34,003 nucleotides of DNA, from NCBI GenBank assembly GCA_022562795.1, contig JADFOP010000020.1:1-34003 (forward strand). The letters are read 5' to 3'. The position numbers were made by a program, and so were the translations under genes. The DNA comes from Nitrospinota bacterium (GTDB taxonomy: Bacteria > JADFOP01). Positions 10,322-18,479 of the stretch are shown here, in pieces. The notes under the pieces are model-generated. The model was given only the letters and a program-made list of their open reading frames with translations, ran no database searches and had not been told where the DNA came from. Each line of letters opens with the position of its first letter. Position 1 is the first letter of the stretch.

Positions 10322-11371
10322 CTAGACTTTTTCAACCAACCAGCCTTCGATTTCAACTTCCACCGCCCGGTTTAGGAGGTCCACCGAGATGACGATCCTC
10401 TGGCGCTTCTCTATGACCCCCACCATAATGCCCTCGGCTCCCTTCAGGGGCCCGTCGACCACCTGGACCCGATCACCGGTATCAAGGTACGGGTGGTGGC
10501 GGACGTGGAGGCCCGATTCAACAACTTTTTGGATGGAGTGGACTTGCTCCTCGGGAACAGGGACGGGTTTGTCGGCGTAGCCAAGGAGATTGGCCGCGCC
10601 GGGCGTCTTGACGATCTCGAGCCAGGCATCCTTCGTGAGCTCGCACTCGACGAAGAGGTAGCCAGGGAACATGGGTTGAGTGATCCGCTTTTTGCGATCT
10701 TTGCGGCGGCTCCAGACCTCAATTGTTGGCAAGAAGGCGTGAAATTTCTTGCTTAGAAGCCGGTCTGTAACCTTCTGTTCGTGGCGGCTCTTCGTCCTGA
10801 GCGCATACCACTTAACGGAGGGATCTTTCGGGGATTTTAGATGGCCAAGGCCCTCGGGCAGCAGGGCGAGAAGCTCCTCGACCACCTGCTCGGGCGCCCG
10901 GTCGGTCGTCTCAACATTGATGGTGGCCAGGGCGTTATAGACCGGCTCGCGCTCCTCCAAGAGAGCCTCGAAGGAGGCTCGCGGGTCGCCGGGGTCGAAG
11001 AAGGCAGGCAGGCCCTCGTCCATAATGCGGGCAAAGAGCGCTTCTTTCTCCACCTTGAGGTAGACCACACAGGACTGGGCGATCTGTCTCCTAAGGGGCT
11101 CACTGATAAGGGGTGTGCCCCCGCCTAGGGATATCACCTGCCCGTCGGTGGCGATGAGGTCGCCGGCCACTTCGGCCTCCAGCCGCCTGAAAGCCTCCGC
11201 GCCGAGGTTGCGGAAGATATCCCGAAAGGCAAGCGGCTCGCCCGAGCTGGAGGCGTAGCGGTGCTCGATTGCTTGGTCGAGGTCGACGAAAGGCCTCTCA
11301 AGGCGGTGGGCCAGGGCCCGGCCCACGGTCGTCTTGCCCGAGCCTTTAAAGCCGATGAGGACGACGTTCAT
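10322..11371 (-). CDS. Fusion: shikimate kinase (aa ~1-172) plus NusG-paralog UpxY/RfaH-type antiterminator (NGN+KOW, aa 188-349)
   Basis: N-half GFKGSGKT, DLD, FRRLE, GGG, EREPVY; C-half WYALRTKSRHE, PMFPGYLFV, GDRVQVVDGPLKGAEG; single uninterrupted frame. Confidence 0.9.
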   Translation of the reverse strand: MNVVLIGFKGSGKTTVGRALAHRLERPFVDLDQAIEHRYASSSGEPLAFRDIFRNLGAEAFRRLEAEVAGDLIATDGQVISLGGGTPLISEPLRRQIAQSCVVYLKVEKEALFARIMDEGLPAFFDPGDPRASFEALLEEREPVYNALATINVETTDRAPEQVVEELLALLPEGLGHLKSPKDPSVKWYALRTKSRHEQKVTDRLLSKKFHAFLPTIEVWSRRKDRKKRITQPMFPGYLFVECELTKDAWLEIVKTPGAANLLGYADKPVPVPEEQVHSIQKVVESGLHVRHHPYLDTGDRVQVVDGPLKGAEGIMVGVIEKRQRIVISVDLLNRAVEVEIEGWLVEKV

Positions 11372-12366
11372 CAGCCGCCTCCAGTGGTGACCGCTTCCTG
11401 TATTATACGGGCCCAGCCTGGGGATGGCAACGGCGGAAGGCGCCGCCTCAGAGAGTTCAGGACCGCCGAAGCGTCAGCCTCTACATCGTCGCTGGCCTCC
11501 ACCCACTCGATGCCTGGCAGCTTGCGGAACCAGGTCATTTGCCGCTTGGCGTAGCGGCGGGTCTCGCGCATTATGTCCGCCTGGGCTTCCTCGATAGTGC
11601 ACGTCCCGGCCAGGTGCTCGGCCATCTGGCGGTAGCCGATCCCTTGGAGAGCCGGCAGTTCAAGCCCATAGCCCGCCTCCAGGAGCGAGCTGACCTCCTC
11701 TGCCACCCCGGCGTCTATCATGGCCTCGACCCGGGCAGTGATCCGCTCGGCCAGCGCCGCGCGCGGACGGACCAACCCCACGGCCACGAGTCGGAAGGGC
11801 CCGGGCGTCTCGGCTGCCCTCCGTTGCATGGAACTGATTGGCTCCCCGGTGAGCACGTAGACCTCCAGCGCTCTCACGATTCGGACAAGGTCGTGGGGAT
11901 GGATCGACTCGGCCGCCTCGGGGTCCACCGCCGCCAGCCGTGCGTGGAGGGCAGGTCGGCCCTTGGCCTCGGCCTCCGCCCTCAGGCCGGCCCGGAGGTC
12001 CGGGTCCGACGGGGGTCCCGGAAAGAGTCCCTCAGCCAGGGCACGAAGATAGAGGCCGCTGCCTCCCACCACGAGCGGCCAGACAGCCCGCTCGAAGCAG
12101 AAAGCAGCCGCTTTACGGGCGGCCTTCCCAAAGTCTGCTGCGGTGAAGTGGTCGTGAGGGTTGGCTAGATCGAGGCCGTGATGTGTGATGCGAGTCCGGT
12201 CGGCGGCCGTCGGCTTGGCCGTTCCGATATCCATGCCACGGTAGACCTGCCGGGAATCACAACTGAGAATTTCAGCCGGTAGGGCCTCGGCCACAGGAAG
12301 GCTTACAGCCGTCTTGCCCACGGCCGTCGGTCCCACGATGGCTGGAAGTGGCAGGAGATTCCCCAC
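11371..12366 (-). CDS. miaA: tRNA dimethylallyltransferase
   Basis: GPTAVGKT, DSRQVYRGMDIGTAKP, VGGSGLY, IGY, TRRYAKRQMTWF; GTG at 12366 preceded by GGAGG. Confidence 0.95.
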   Translation of the reverse strand: MGNLLPLPAIVGPTAVGKTAVSLPVAEALPAEILSCDSRQVYRGMDIGTAKPTAADRTRITHHGLDLANPHDHFTAADFGKAARKAAAFCFERAVWPLVVGGSGLYLRALAEGLFPGPPSDPDLRAGLRAEAEAKGRPALHARLAAVDPEAAESIHPHDLVRIVRALEVYVLTGEPISSMQRRAAETPGPFRLVAVGLVRPRAALAERITARVEAMIDAGVAEEVSSLLEAGYGLELPALQGIGYRQMAEHLAGTCTIEEAQADIMRETRRYAKRQMTWFRKLPGIEWVEASDDVEADASAVLNSLRRRLPPLPSPGWARIIQEAVTTGGG

Positions 12367-12385
12367 GACTGGCCCTCCCGGGAAC

Positions 12386-12414
12386 AAAGAAAAAGCCGGG
12401 GCAGAGCCCCTGCC
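12386..12414 (-). terminator. Candidate intrinsic terminator between ihfB and miaA
   Basis: Minus strand GGCAGGGGC-TCT-GCCCC-GGC-TTTTTCTTT. Confidence 0.4.
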
Positions 12415-12467
12415 TCTCAAAGGGTTTGGTCTACTAGAGGTGAGCCGGCGGCATGGGGCGAAAGCCT

Positions 12468-12743
12468 TTAGTTATCAATCATCTCCCGCAATTCTTTGCC
12501 GGCTTTGAAGAAAGGCACTTTCTTGGCTGGAATGAAGACGGTGGCGCCAGTCTTTGGGTTGCGCCCCTCTCGGCTGTGGCGGTGTCGCACTCGGAAGGAG
12601 CCAAACCCTCGCAGCTCCACCTTGTCGCCATTTGCCAAGGCCTCGGTGATGCTCTGGAATACCGTATTGACGATTACCTCGGTTTGCTTCTTCGTCAGAT
12701 CGATGCGCTCCGCAACCTTCTCAACCAGCTCTGCCTTGGTCAT
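12468..12743 (-). CDS. ihfB: Integration host factor beta-like (HU/IHF family) protein
   Basis: MTKAELV, KVELRGFGSF, GRNPKTG, VPFFKAGKELRE; start ATG 12743. Confidence 0.85.
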   Translation of the reverse strand: MTKAELVEKVAERIDLTKKQTEVIVNTVFQSITEALANGDKVELRGFGSFRVRHRHSREGRNPKTGATVFIPAKKVPFFKAGKELREMIDN

Positions 12744-12819
12744 AAGTTTGCTCCCCCCACTTGCGCTCCATCGAGGATGTGGTGCCCCTGAAAAAGATGA
12801 TAATTGACTGAGGATAGGC

Positions 12820-12848
12820 AAGTTAGCATAACCCTGGGAGGCTGTCAA
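12820..12848 (-). promoter_or_regulatory. Sigma70-type promoter for ihfB
   Basis: Minus strand TTGACA-17 nt-TAACTT. Confidence 0.55.
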
Positions 12849-12947
12849 GGTTAAGACCGGTGGAGCTTTTGTAATTATTTGATGGTACTATAATGTCCTC
12901 TGTTACCCGTTTGAAAACCTGCTTCGAGCCGTTCCTTGGAGTATCCA

Positions 12948-13406
12948 ATGCAAAGTGTCGAATGCCAGACCATTCTCTTTCTTTGCACGGGAAACTCCTG
13001 CCGAAGCCAGATGGCTGAAGGTTTTGGGAGAGCCTTGGCCCCTGTGGGGTTTGAAATATTGAGCGCCGGCACCGAGCCCAGGGGGATTCATCCGAAGGCT
13101 ATCCAGGTCATGGCCGAGATGGGGATCGATATCGGCTCCCAGAACTCTCAGGGCCTTGAGGGCATCGACCTCGGGGGACTTGGCCTGGTGGTAACTCTCT
13201 GCGACTCGGCCGACCAGCGATGCCCATCTCTGCCCGCTTCCGTGTCCAAGGAGCACTGGCCCTTGCCCGACCCGGTGGAGGCCGAGGGGGGCGAGGAAGA
13301 GGTCATGGCCGTCTTCCGCACGGTACGGGATACGATTCGCCGGAGGGTCGAGGAGCTGATGGTGGGGCTAAAGTCCTCGCAGAGCGACTCTGAGAGGCGA
13401 ACGTGA
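12948..13406 (+). CDS. arsC: Arsenate reductase ArsC (thioredoxin-coupled, LMW-PTP fold)
   Basis: CTGNSCRSQMAEG, TLCDSADQRCP, HWPLPDP, FRTVRD; GGAG before ATG 12948. Confidence 0.9.
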   Translation: MQSVECQTILFLCTGNSCRSQMAEGFGRALAPVGFEILSAGTEPRGIHPKAIQVMAEMGIDIGSQNSQGLEGIDLGGLGLVVTLCDSADQRCPSLPASVSKEHWPLPDPVEAEGGEEEVMAVFRTVRDTIRRRVEELMVGLKSSQSDSERRT

Positions 13407-13478
13407 TAAGATTGCCCTAGTGGGGTTATGACCATTGAACCTTACAGGTCTTATCCGCTCAAAAGCGTAGTTTCATCC

Positions 13479-13507
13479 TTGACATACCCTATCAAAGTCG
13501 GTATGCT
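13479..13507 (+). promoter_or_regulatory. Sigma70-type promoter for the radical-SAM-like gene
   Basis: TTGACA-17 nt-TATGCT. Confidence 0.6.
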
Positions 13508-13550
13508 TGAGGCCTCTCTCCAAGTGTAGCGTCTGTCTGAATTTCCTTGA

Positions 13551-14624
13551 GTGGTTCCTTGCAAGAGGGGACCAATAGAGGAGCATGAGGCTTTGACGCC
13601 CCTTCGCCGACATTACAGATACGCTCACTTCTACCTGAACCATGTCGTGGGCAACCGCCTTCGCCGGACCGTCCGAAGCTCCCTCCTCAAGCCGTTCTGT
13701 GTAACTTACCACGTTACCGACCGGTCTCACCTTGCCCCTGTCGCGGGGGGTAGGCTGGCCCCGGGAACTTCCCCGGAAGCCCCTCTGGCAGACGTGCTGA
13801 CGCTCCTTAAAAAAGTCCGAAAAGAGGTGAGGATGCTCTACCTTTCTGGAGGTGAGCCCCTGCTCCATCCGGCCGTCGGCACAATAGCTACCGCCGCTCG
13901 TGGGTTGGGCTTCGAGCCTATTGTGCTGGAGACCGATTTCACGCTCGCCGACGAGCACGAAGAACTCCTCCAGCATTGCCATCTCGTGGTAGTCCCCCTG
14001 GAGACGGTAGAGGTTGGGAGGCAGGCAGCCCGGTGGCAGTGCGACCCAAGGTGGGTGGAGCGTCTCGTAGGAAACCTTGTCCACTTTGGGCCTCGCCAGG
14101 ACGAGTTGGGCGTCAGGATCATCATCAAGAGCGTCATAGGGGAGGGGACGATTGAAGGGGTTTACGACCTTATGGAATTTTGCTTCGAGCACAACCTCCT
14201 TTTCGCGCCGACCACCTCCAACAGCCTCGATCCGCCAGACCGGCGGGTTCAGAGCGATCCGGCCTATGAGAGGCTGGTGGATTACATAATCGCCCGCAAG
14301 AAGGCAGGCGCCCCAATCCTCGGCGGTCCCGAATCCCTCCGGCGACTTATGGCTTTCGAGGATTTCTCCTGCTACCCGACACTGGCTCCCCACATAGCAC
14401 CCAACGGAGAGCTCTTCTACCCCTGCATGCCCCAAAAGGAGGCGGGTGGCAATCTCCTTGCTGAGAGGACCCTGACGGCGCTCTACCGACGGGCCGAACA
14501 GTCATTCCGCTCTCTGCATGGGGAATTGCACGACTGCCGCCTCCACGGCTACATTACCAAGACCTGGCTGCTCGAGCATTTCTTCGACCGGTCCATTGAA
14601 GGCCTGACCGTTTTTGCCAAATAG
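13551..14624 (+). CDS. Radical SAM-fold protein lacking the CxxxCxxC motif
   Basis: LYLSGGEPLLHP and Twitch/SPASM-like CY...IAPNGELFYPC present; cluster-motif position reads VTDRSHLAPVAG; start uncertain (13551 or TTG 13593). Confidence 0.75.
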   Translation: MVPCKRGPIEEHEALTPLRRHYRYAHFYLNHVVGNRLRRTVRSSLLKPFCVTYHVTDRSHLAPVAGGRLAPGTSPEAPLADVLTLLKKVRKEVRMLYLSGGEPLLHPAVGTIATAARGLGFEPIVLETDFTLADEHEELLQHCHLVVVPLETVEVGRQAARWQCDPRWVERLVGNLVHFGPRQDELGVRIIIKSVIGEGTIEGVYDLMEFCFEHNLLFAPTTSNSLDPPDRRVQSDPAYERLVDYIIARKKAGAPILGGPESLRRLMAFEDFSCYPTLAPHIAPNGELFYPCMPQKEAGGNLLAERTLTALYRRAEQSFRSLHGELHDCRLHGYITKTWLLEHFFDRSIEGLTVFAK

Positions 14625-14680
14625 CCACCTGGTTCCAAGGAGAGGCTCTTAGGTCGGGAGGCTGGAGTCTTTAGCAAACC

Positions 14681-15658
14681 CTACTGACGGGCGGTGAAGC
14701 GATCCATCCATAGCTGGTGGAAGGTTTCCCACTCGGACTTCTCGGTGGTCCAGTTGGCATAAATGGCCACCCCAACGGGAGGCCCAGAGGGGTCGGAGGA
14801 GTTGGTGATCCCTCTAAGGAGCCCGATGAGGCCTACTTCAAGGTATTCCACCTCGGGACGGTGAAACCAGGTGGCCTTCTCATAGGTGGGCAGACCTACG
14901 AGGAGTTGACACGCCGGTCGTCCGCTCTTGTGGTGGGCCTGCACGAGGACAGCGACGTGGGCAGCCACGTATCGCTGGTAGAGTCCAGCGGTGGGGACGG
15001 CCGTGTCGTATACCATGACCACGATCTGGTCGAGGTAGGGCATGAGGCGGGCGAAGGCCTCTCCACTCCAGTAGCGCTCGGATATACCGAAAAGCCCCGG
15101 AACCCAGCCAGGACGCATCTTCGGAGCTGCGAAGGAGATGGTTTTCTTGCCCATGGCGCTCCGGAGAGCTTGGAGTAGGGTAATGAAGTCGGGGTCGGTT
15201 TCCTCAAGTGGCTCGATATTGAGGTGGATGCCGTCGAAGTCGAAGCGTTCAAGGAGGTGAGCGGTTTCGTTGACAATAGCCCCCCTGTAAGCAGCGCTGG
15301 CGAGCTCCAACGTTCCACCCTTCGATTTGGAGCGCCCGCCTAGCCAGGCGAGGCGTTGAATCGCCGGGGCGTGACGCTTCAGGGCCGCGAGCCACACTCG
15401 AACCACGGCGGGCTTGTAGCGGGTAAGGCGGCCCTCAGCGTTGAAAGGGCCGATGTGGACGTATACGTGGGTGGCACCGTGGCGGGTGAGGTGCTCGGCA
15501 AGGGCCTTAAGCTCCTTAGGGCTTCGCTCCTCTTCCATCCAGGCGTGCTTGAGCCACAAGCCGATGGGCATCCGGTTTGCGGCTGCATTGGCGCCGGTAG
15601 CGGGGCTCGCGCTCAATAGCAGCCCGATTCCGAAGCCCATGGCTACCGCTCGACGCAT
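14681..15658 (-). CDS. Secreted GH18-like TIM-barrel glycoside hydrolase
   Basis: Signal peptide; FDFDGIHLNIEP (GH18 DxxDxDxE-like), VMVYD, LLVGLPTY. Confidence 0.7.
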   Translation of the reverse strand: MRRAVAMGFGIGLLLSASPATGANAAANRMPIGLWLKHAWMEEERSPKELKALAEHLTRHGATHVYVHIGPFNAEGRLTRYKPAVVRVWLAALKRHAPAIQRLAWLGGRSKSKGGTLELASAAYRGAIVNETAHLLERFDFDGIHLNIEPLEETDPDFITLLQALRSAMGKKTISFAAPKMRPGWVPGLFGISERYWSGEAFARLMPYLDQIVVMVYDTAVPTAGLYQRYVAAHVAVLVQAHHKSGRPACQLLVGLPTYEKATWFHRPEVEYLEVGLIGLLRGITNSSDPSGPPVGVAIYANWTTEKSEWETFHQLWMDRFTARQ

Positions 15659-15696
15659 ATCAATTCCCTCTTCCGTGGGGATTCATTCTTGGGGCG

Positions 15697-15776
15697 ATGA
15701 TACTCGGCGGCCCGAAACCATGTCAATCGGGCCGAATCCAGTTTCTTTGACAGCCACATGGGGGTCGGGCTAGAAG
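15697..15776. promoter_or_regulatory. Divergent sigma70-type promoter pair
   Basis: Minus TTGACA-18-TATCAT (15697-15726); plus TTGACA-18-TAGAAG (15747-15776). Confidence 0.45.
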
Positions 15777-15813
15777 GTATGGGCTCTCGTCGTTGGGCGG
15801 CGTTTGGAGACTA

Positions 15814-16224
15814 ATGATGCCTCGGCTAGGCTTGCACGCGCTTCTGGGGATGGTGTTCATGGTTGGCCTTGGCCTGGGGGCTGGCAATGCAGCGCCCACC
15901 ACTGGCTCCCTGGTGCTGCTTGCTACAGCGGCCCCTCAGCCGAAAGCCTTAAGGGTGGCGCCGGGGAGGATAGTCATCTGGCTAAACCGGACCAAGTACC
16001 GCCCCCTGACCCTCACCTTCGATGGCTCGCCTTCTCCCGACCCATCCTGCCCCGCCGGCATTGGTTTCGTCCGTCGCAACTCCCTGGTTTTCACCCAACC
16101 GGCCCTGCCTCCCGGAGGGACGGCCAGCCTCTGCTTTCCCGCCCCTGGGGTATACGCCTACGTGGTCCATGGTCTCGGCCACCCTGCCTCCGGAACCGTA
16201 ACGGTGGGGGGCCGCCTCCCATGA
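15814..16224 (+). CDS. Exported cupredoxin-like beta-sandwich protein
   Basis: Signal peptide; LRVAPGRIVIWLN, LPPGGTASLCFPAPGVYAY...GTVTV; GGAG before ATG. Confidence 0.6.
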   Translation: MMPRLGLHALLGMVFMVGLGLGAGNAAPTTGSLVLLATAAPQPKALRVAPGRIVIWLNRTKYRPLTLTFDGSPSPDPSCPAGIGFVRRNSLVFTQPALPPGGTASLCFPAPGVYAYVVHGLGHPASGTVTVGGRLP

Positions 16225-17444
16225 CACGCCGGTGGTGTGGAGCCCTCCTTGCTGGTCTCGTCGCGGCCCTCATAGGCTGCGCCAGCCAGCCGGAAGTGAC
16301 GGCCCCCGGGCCCACGAGGGACATCCGGCTGCCCATCCGGGTAGCCGTCCTGCCATTCTATCTTGACGTGAAACCGCCCGCCGACCCGCTCCAGCGCCTG
16401 GCGACTCAGATTCTCAGGGAGCAGTTCTTCAACCGCTTTTCCGCTCTAGGCTACCTCGACCTCGACCTGGCCGAAGTCGACCGTCGCCTCAAGGGCGCCA
16501 ATATCTTACCCGAGCAAGCCGCCGTAGCCCGTTCCCCCAACAGATTGGCCGCCATCCTAGGGGTGGACGGCCTCATCGTGGGTCGGGTGAAGGAGGTCTC
16601 CACGTTTAAAGGGGGGGTCTACACCGACGCGCGCCTTGGCGGGACAATCAAGCTTATCTCCTCGGATGGCGCCATCGTCTGGGAGGCCGAGCACACCGAG
16701 AGCCGCAAAGGGGGGCTGATCCTTCGTGGCGGCGAGCTGCTTCGGGCCATAGAAGACCTCCAGAGCCAGTTCAAGGACGAGCGGCACGTAACCTACCTGA
16801 AGCTGGCCGAGGAGTTTAGCCGCAAAGTAGTGGCAACCGTGCCGCAGCCTGCCCGGAATGTAGCCGAGTCCGTCGCACCGCCGCGTATTCGCCGGGTGAG
16901 CGTGCAGGTAGAGACGAAGCGGGTTCTTCAGGCTGGCGACCTGATACGCGTGGTTGTGGAGGGAGACACCGAAATGACCGGAACCATGAACCTCGGGCTA
17001 TGGCGTTCGGGTCTTCCACTGGTGGAGGGCTCACGGGGCAGGTACGAAGGCGCGTACACGATCCAGGCGGGTGATTCTGCCTCGGCCGTTCCCGTGATGG
17101 TCCGGCTGACCGACGCCTTCGGCCTGAGCGCAACCAGTCAGGCTGCTGGGATGGCCCTCACCGTGGATGCCGCTCCGCCGCCGCCGCCGGAGGAGGTGGT
17201 GGCCGAAGCCATTGCGGGCCAGGGGGTCGTCGTACGATGGCGTGTCGGCGCCGAGGCGTCCGGCGTCGCCCTCTACCGCTCTTGCCCTCCTGGAGGGGAG
17301 CTTATCCTGATGGCCCGGATCACCGACGGAGCGAGTTTCACAGACCGGTCGGGACTGGCCTCGGCGGGCTCGTGCAGCTACCAGGCGGCAACTTACGATG
17401 CCCACCGGAATCTCTCTTATCCGGTTGTGGCGAAGTGGAGGTAG
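16221..17444 (+). CDS. Lipoprotein: DUF799/GNA1162 (CsgG-like) domain, Ig-like domain, FN3-like tail
   Basis: Lipobox LIG-C; VAVLPF, EVDRRL, LGVDGLIVGRV, IVWEA; ATG 16221 overlaps upstream stop (ATGA). Confidence 0.7.
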   Translation: MTRRWCGALLAGLVAALIGCASQPEVTAPGPTRDIRLPIRVAVLPFYLDVKPPADPLQRLATQILREQFFNRFSALGYLDLDLAEVDRRLKGANILPEQAAVARSPNRLAAILGVDGLIVGRVKEVSTFKGGVYTDARLGGTIKLISSDGAIVWEAEHTESRKGGLILRGGELLRAIEDLQSQFKDERHVTYLKLAEEFSRKVVATVPQPARNVAESVAPPRIRRVSVQVETKRVLQAGDLIRVVVEGDTEMTGTMNLGLWRSGLPLVEGSRGRYEGAYTIQAGDSASAVPVMVRLTDAFGLSATSQAAGMALTVDAAPPPPPEEVVAEAIAGQGVVVRWRVGAEASGVALYRSCPPGGELILMARITDGASFTDRSGLASAGSCSYQAATYDAHRNLSYPVVAKWR

Positions 17445-17452
17445 CTGGCGCA

Positions 17453-18418
17453 ATGGACGCCCTACGCTTGAGGATCCGTGCCCTTGCTCTTATTTTCCTC
17501 ATGGCCCTCCTGCCAGGGGTGGACGAAGCGGCCGGAGCCTCGGCCGAGGCCTTCGCCCCGAATCGGGGCCATACAGTCGCGGTGCTCCCCTTCCGGTTCG
17601 CAGCAGGCAAGGGGCTCGGCGGACGGGGGGCGGATACGGACCCCGACGAGGCGGCGGCCCTCGTTCGGGAACAGGTGACGGCCAACCTGCGGCGAGGGCC
17701 GTGGAGGCTACTGGAGCTAAACCAGGTCGATGCCGTCTTGGCCGGCCGTGGATGGGGAGAGCCGGAGGCCTTGGAGCGGGCCGGCCCGCGGCCCGTCGGG
17801 CAGGCTCTCGGCGCGGAGCTCCTCTTCTACGGAGAGGTGACCCACTGGGGTCGCCACTACATGCTCATCCACTCCCAGGCCGAGGTGGGAGCAGACGTGC
17901 GCCTCGTGAGCGCCCGTACGGGCAAGGTCGTCTGGTCCAATTCGGGCAAGAAGGTTCGTACTGCGGGCCTGACCAAAATTCCCACGGGCATTGGCTCGGC
18001 GGTGATCACGCCCTTCCTGGGAATGCAGAAGGCCTTCCTCTTCGAGATTACCAACGAATTGGCCCGGGAGCTTACGGCCTCCCTCGTATATGGCGCCGGT
18101 GAGGCGCCGGCCGCCGCCGCGCCTCCCAAACTCCTGGTGACGTCCGCCCAAGCGGGCTCTGACGGTCTCGTGGAGCCGGGCGACAGGATCACCGTAGTGG
18201 CCATCGGCCAGCCGGACCTCACGGCCACGTTCTCTGTAGGCCCCGAGCGGCGCGACCTCCCCATGACGGAGTTCGGCCCGGGCCGCTACGTCGGCGCTTA
18301 CGAAGTGGCCCCGGGCGACCGATTCACCAATGCGCCCATCACCGTAAATCTCTTCACCCGAGCCGGCGGGCTGACGTCCGCGACCCTGTTCTCTCCCATT
18401 GTGAGCACCAGGCCTTAA
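17453..18418 (+). CDS. Exported DUF799/GNA1162-like protein with Ig-like domain, paralog of the upstream gene
   Basis: VAVLPF, QVDAVL, LGAELLFYGEV, RLVSARTGKVVWS; GGAGG upstream of ATG 17453. Confidence 0.7.
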   Translation: MDALRLRIRALALIFLMALLPGVDEAAGASAEAFAPNRGHTVAVLPFRFAAGKGLGGRGADTDPDEAAALVREQVTANLRRGPWRLLELNQVDAVLAGRGWGEPEALERAGPRPVGQALGAELLFYGEVTHWGRHYMLIHSQAEVGADVRLVSARTGKVVWSNSGKKVRTAGLTKIPTGIGSAVITPFLGMQKAFLFEITNELARELTASLVYGAGEAPAAAAPPKLLVTSAQAGSDGLVEPGDRITVVAIGQPDLTATFSVGPERRDLPMTEFGPGRYVGAYEVAPGDRFTNAPITVNLFTRAGGLTSATLFSPIVSTRP

Positions 18419-18479
18419 TGCTCCCCGCTTGACGAACGCCTCCTTACTTCACAGATTGAACCATCAGGAGGGATTATCA

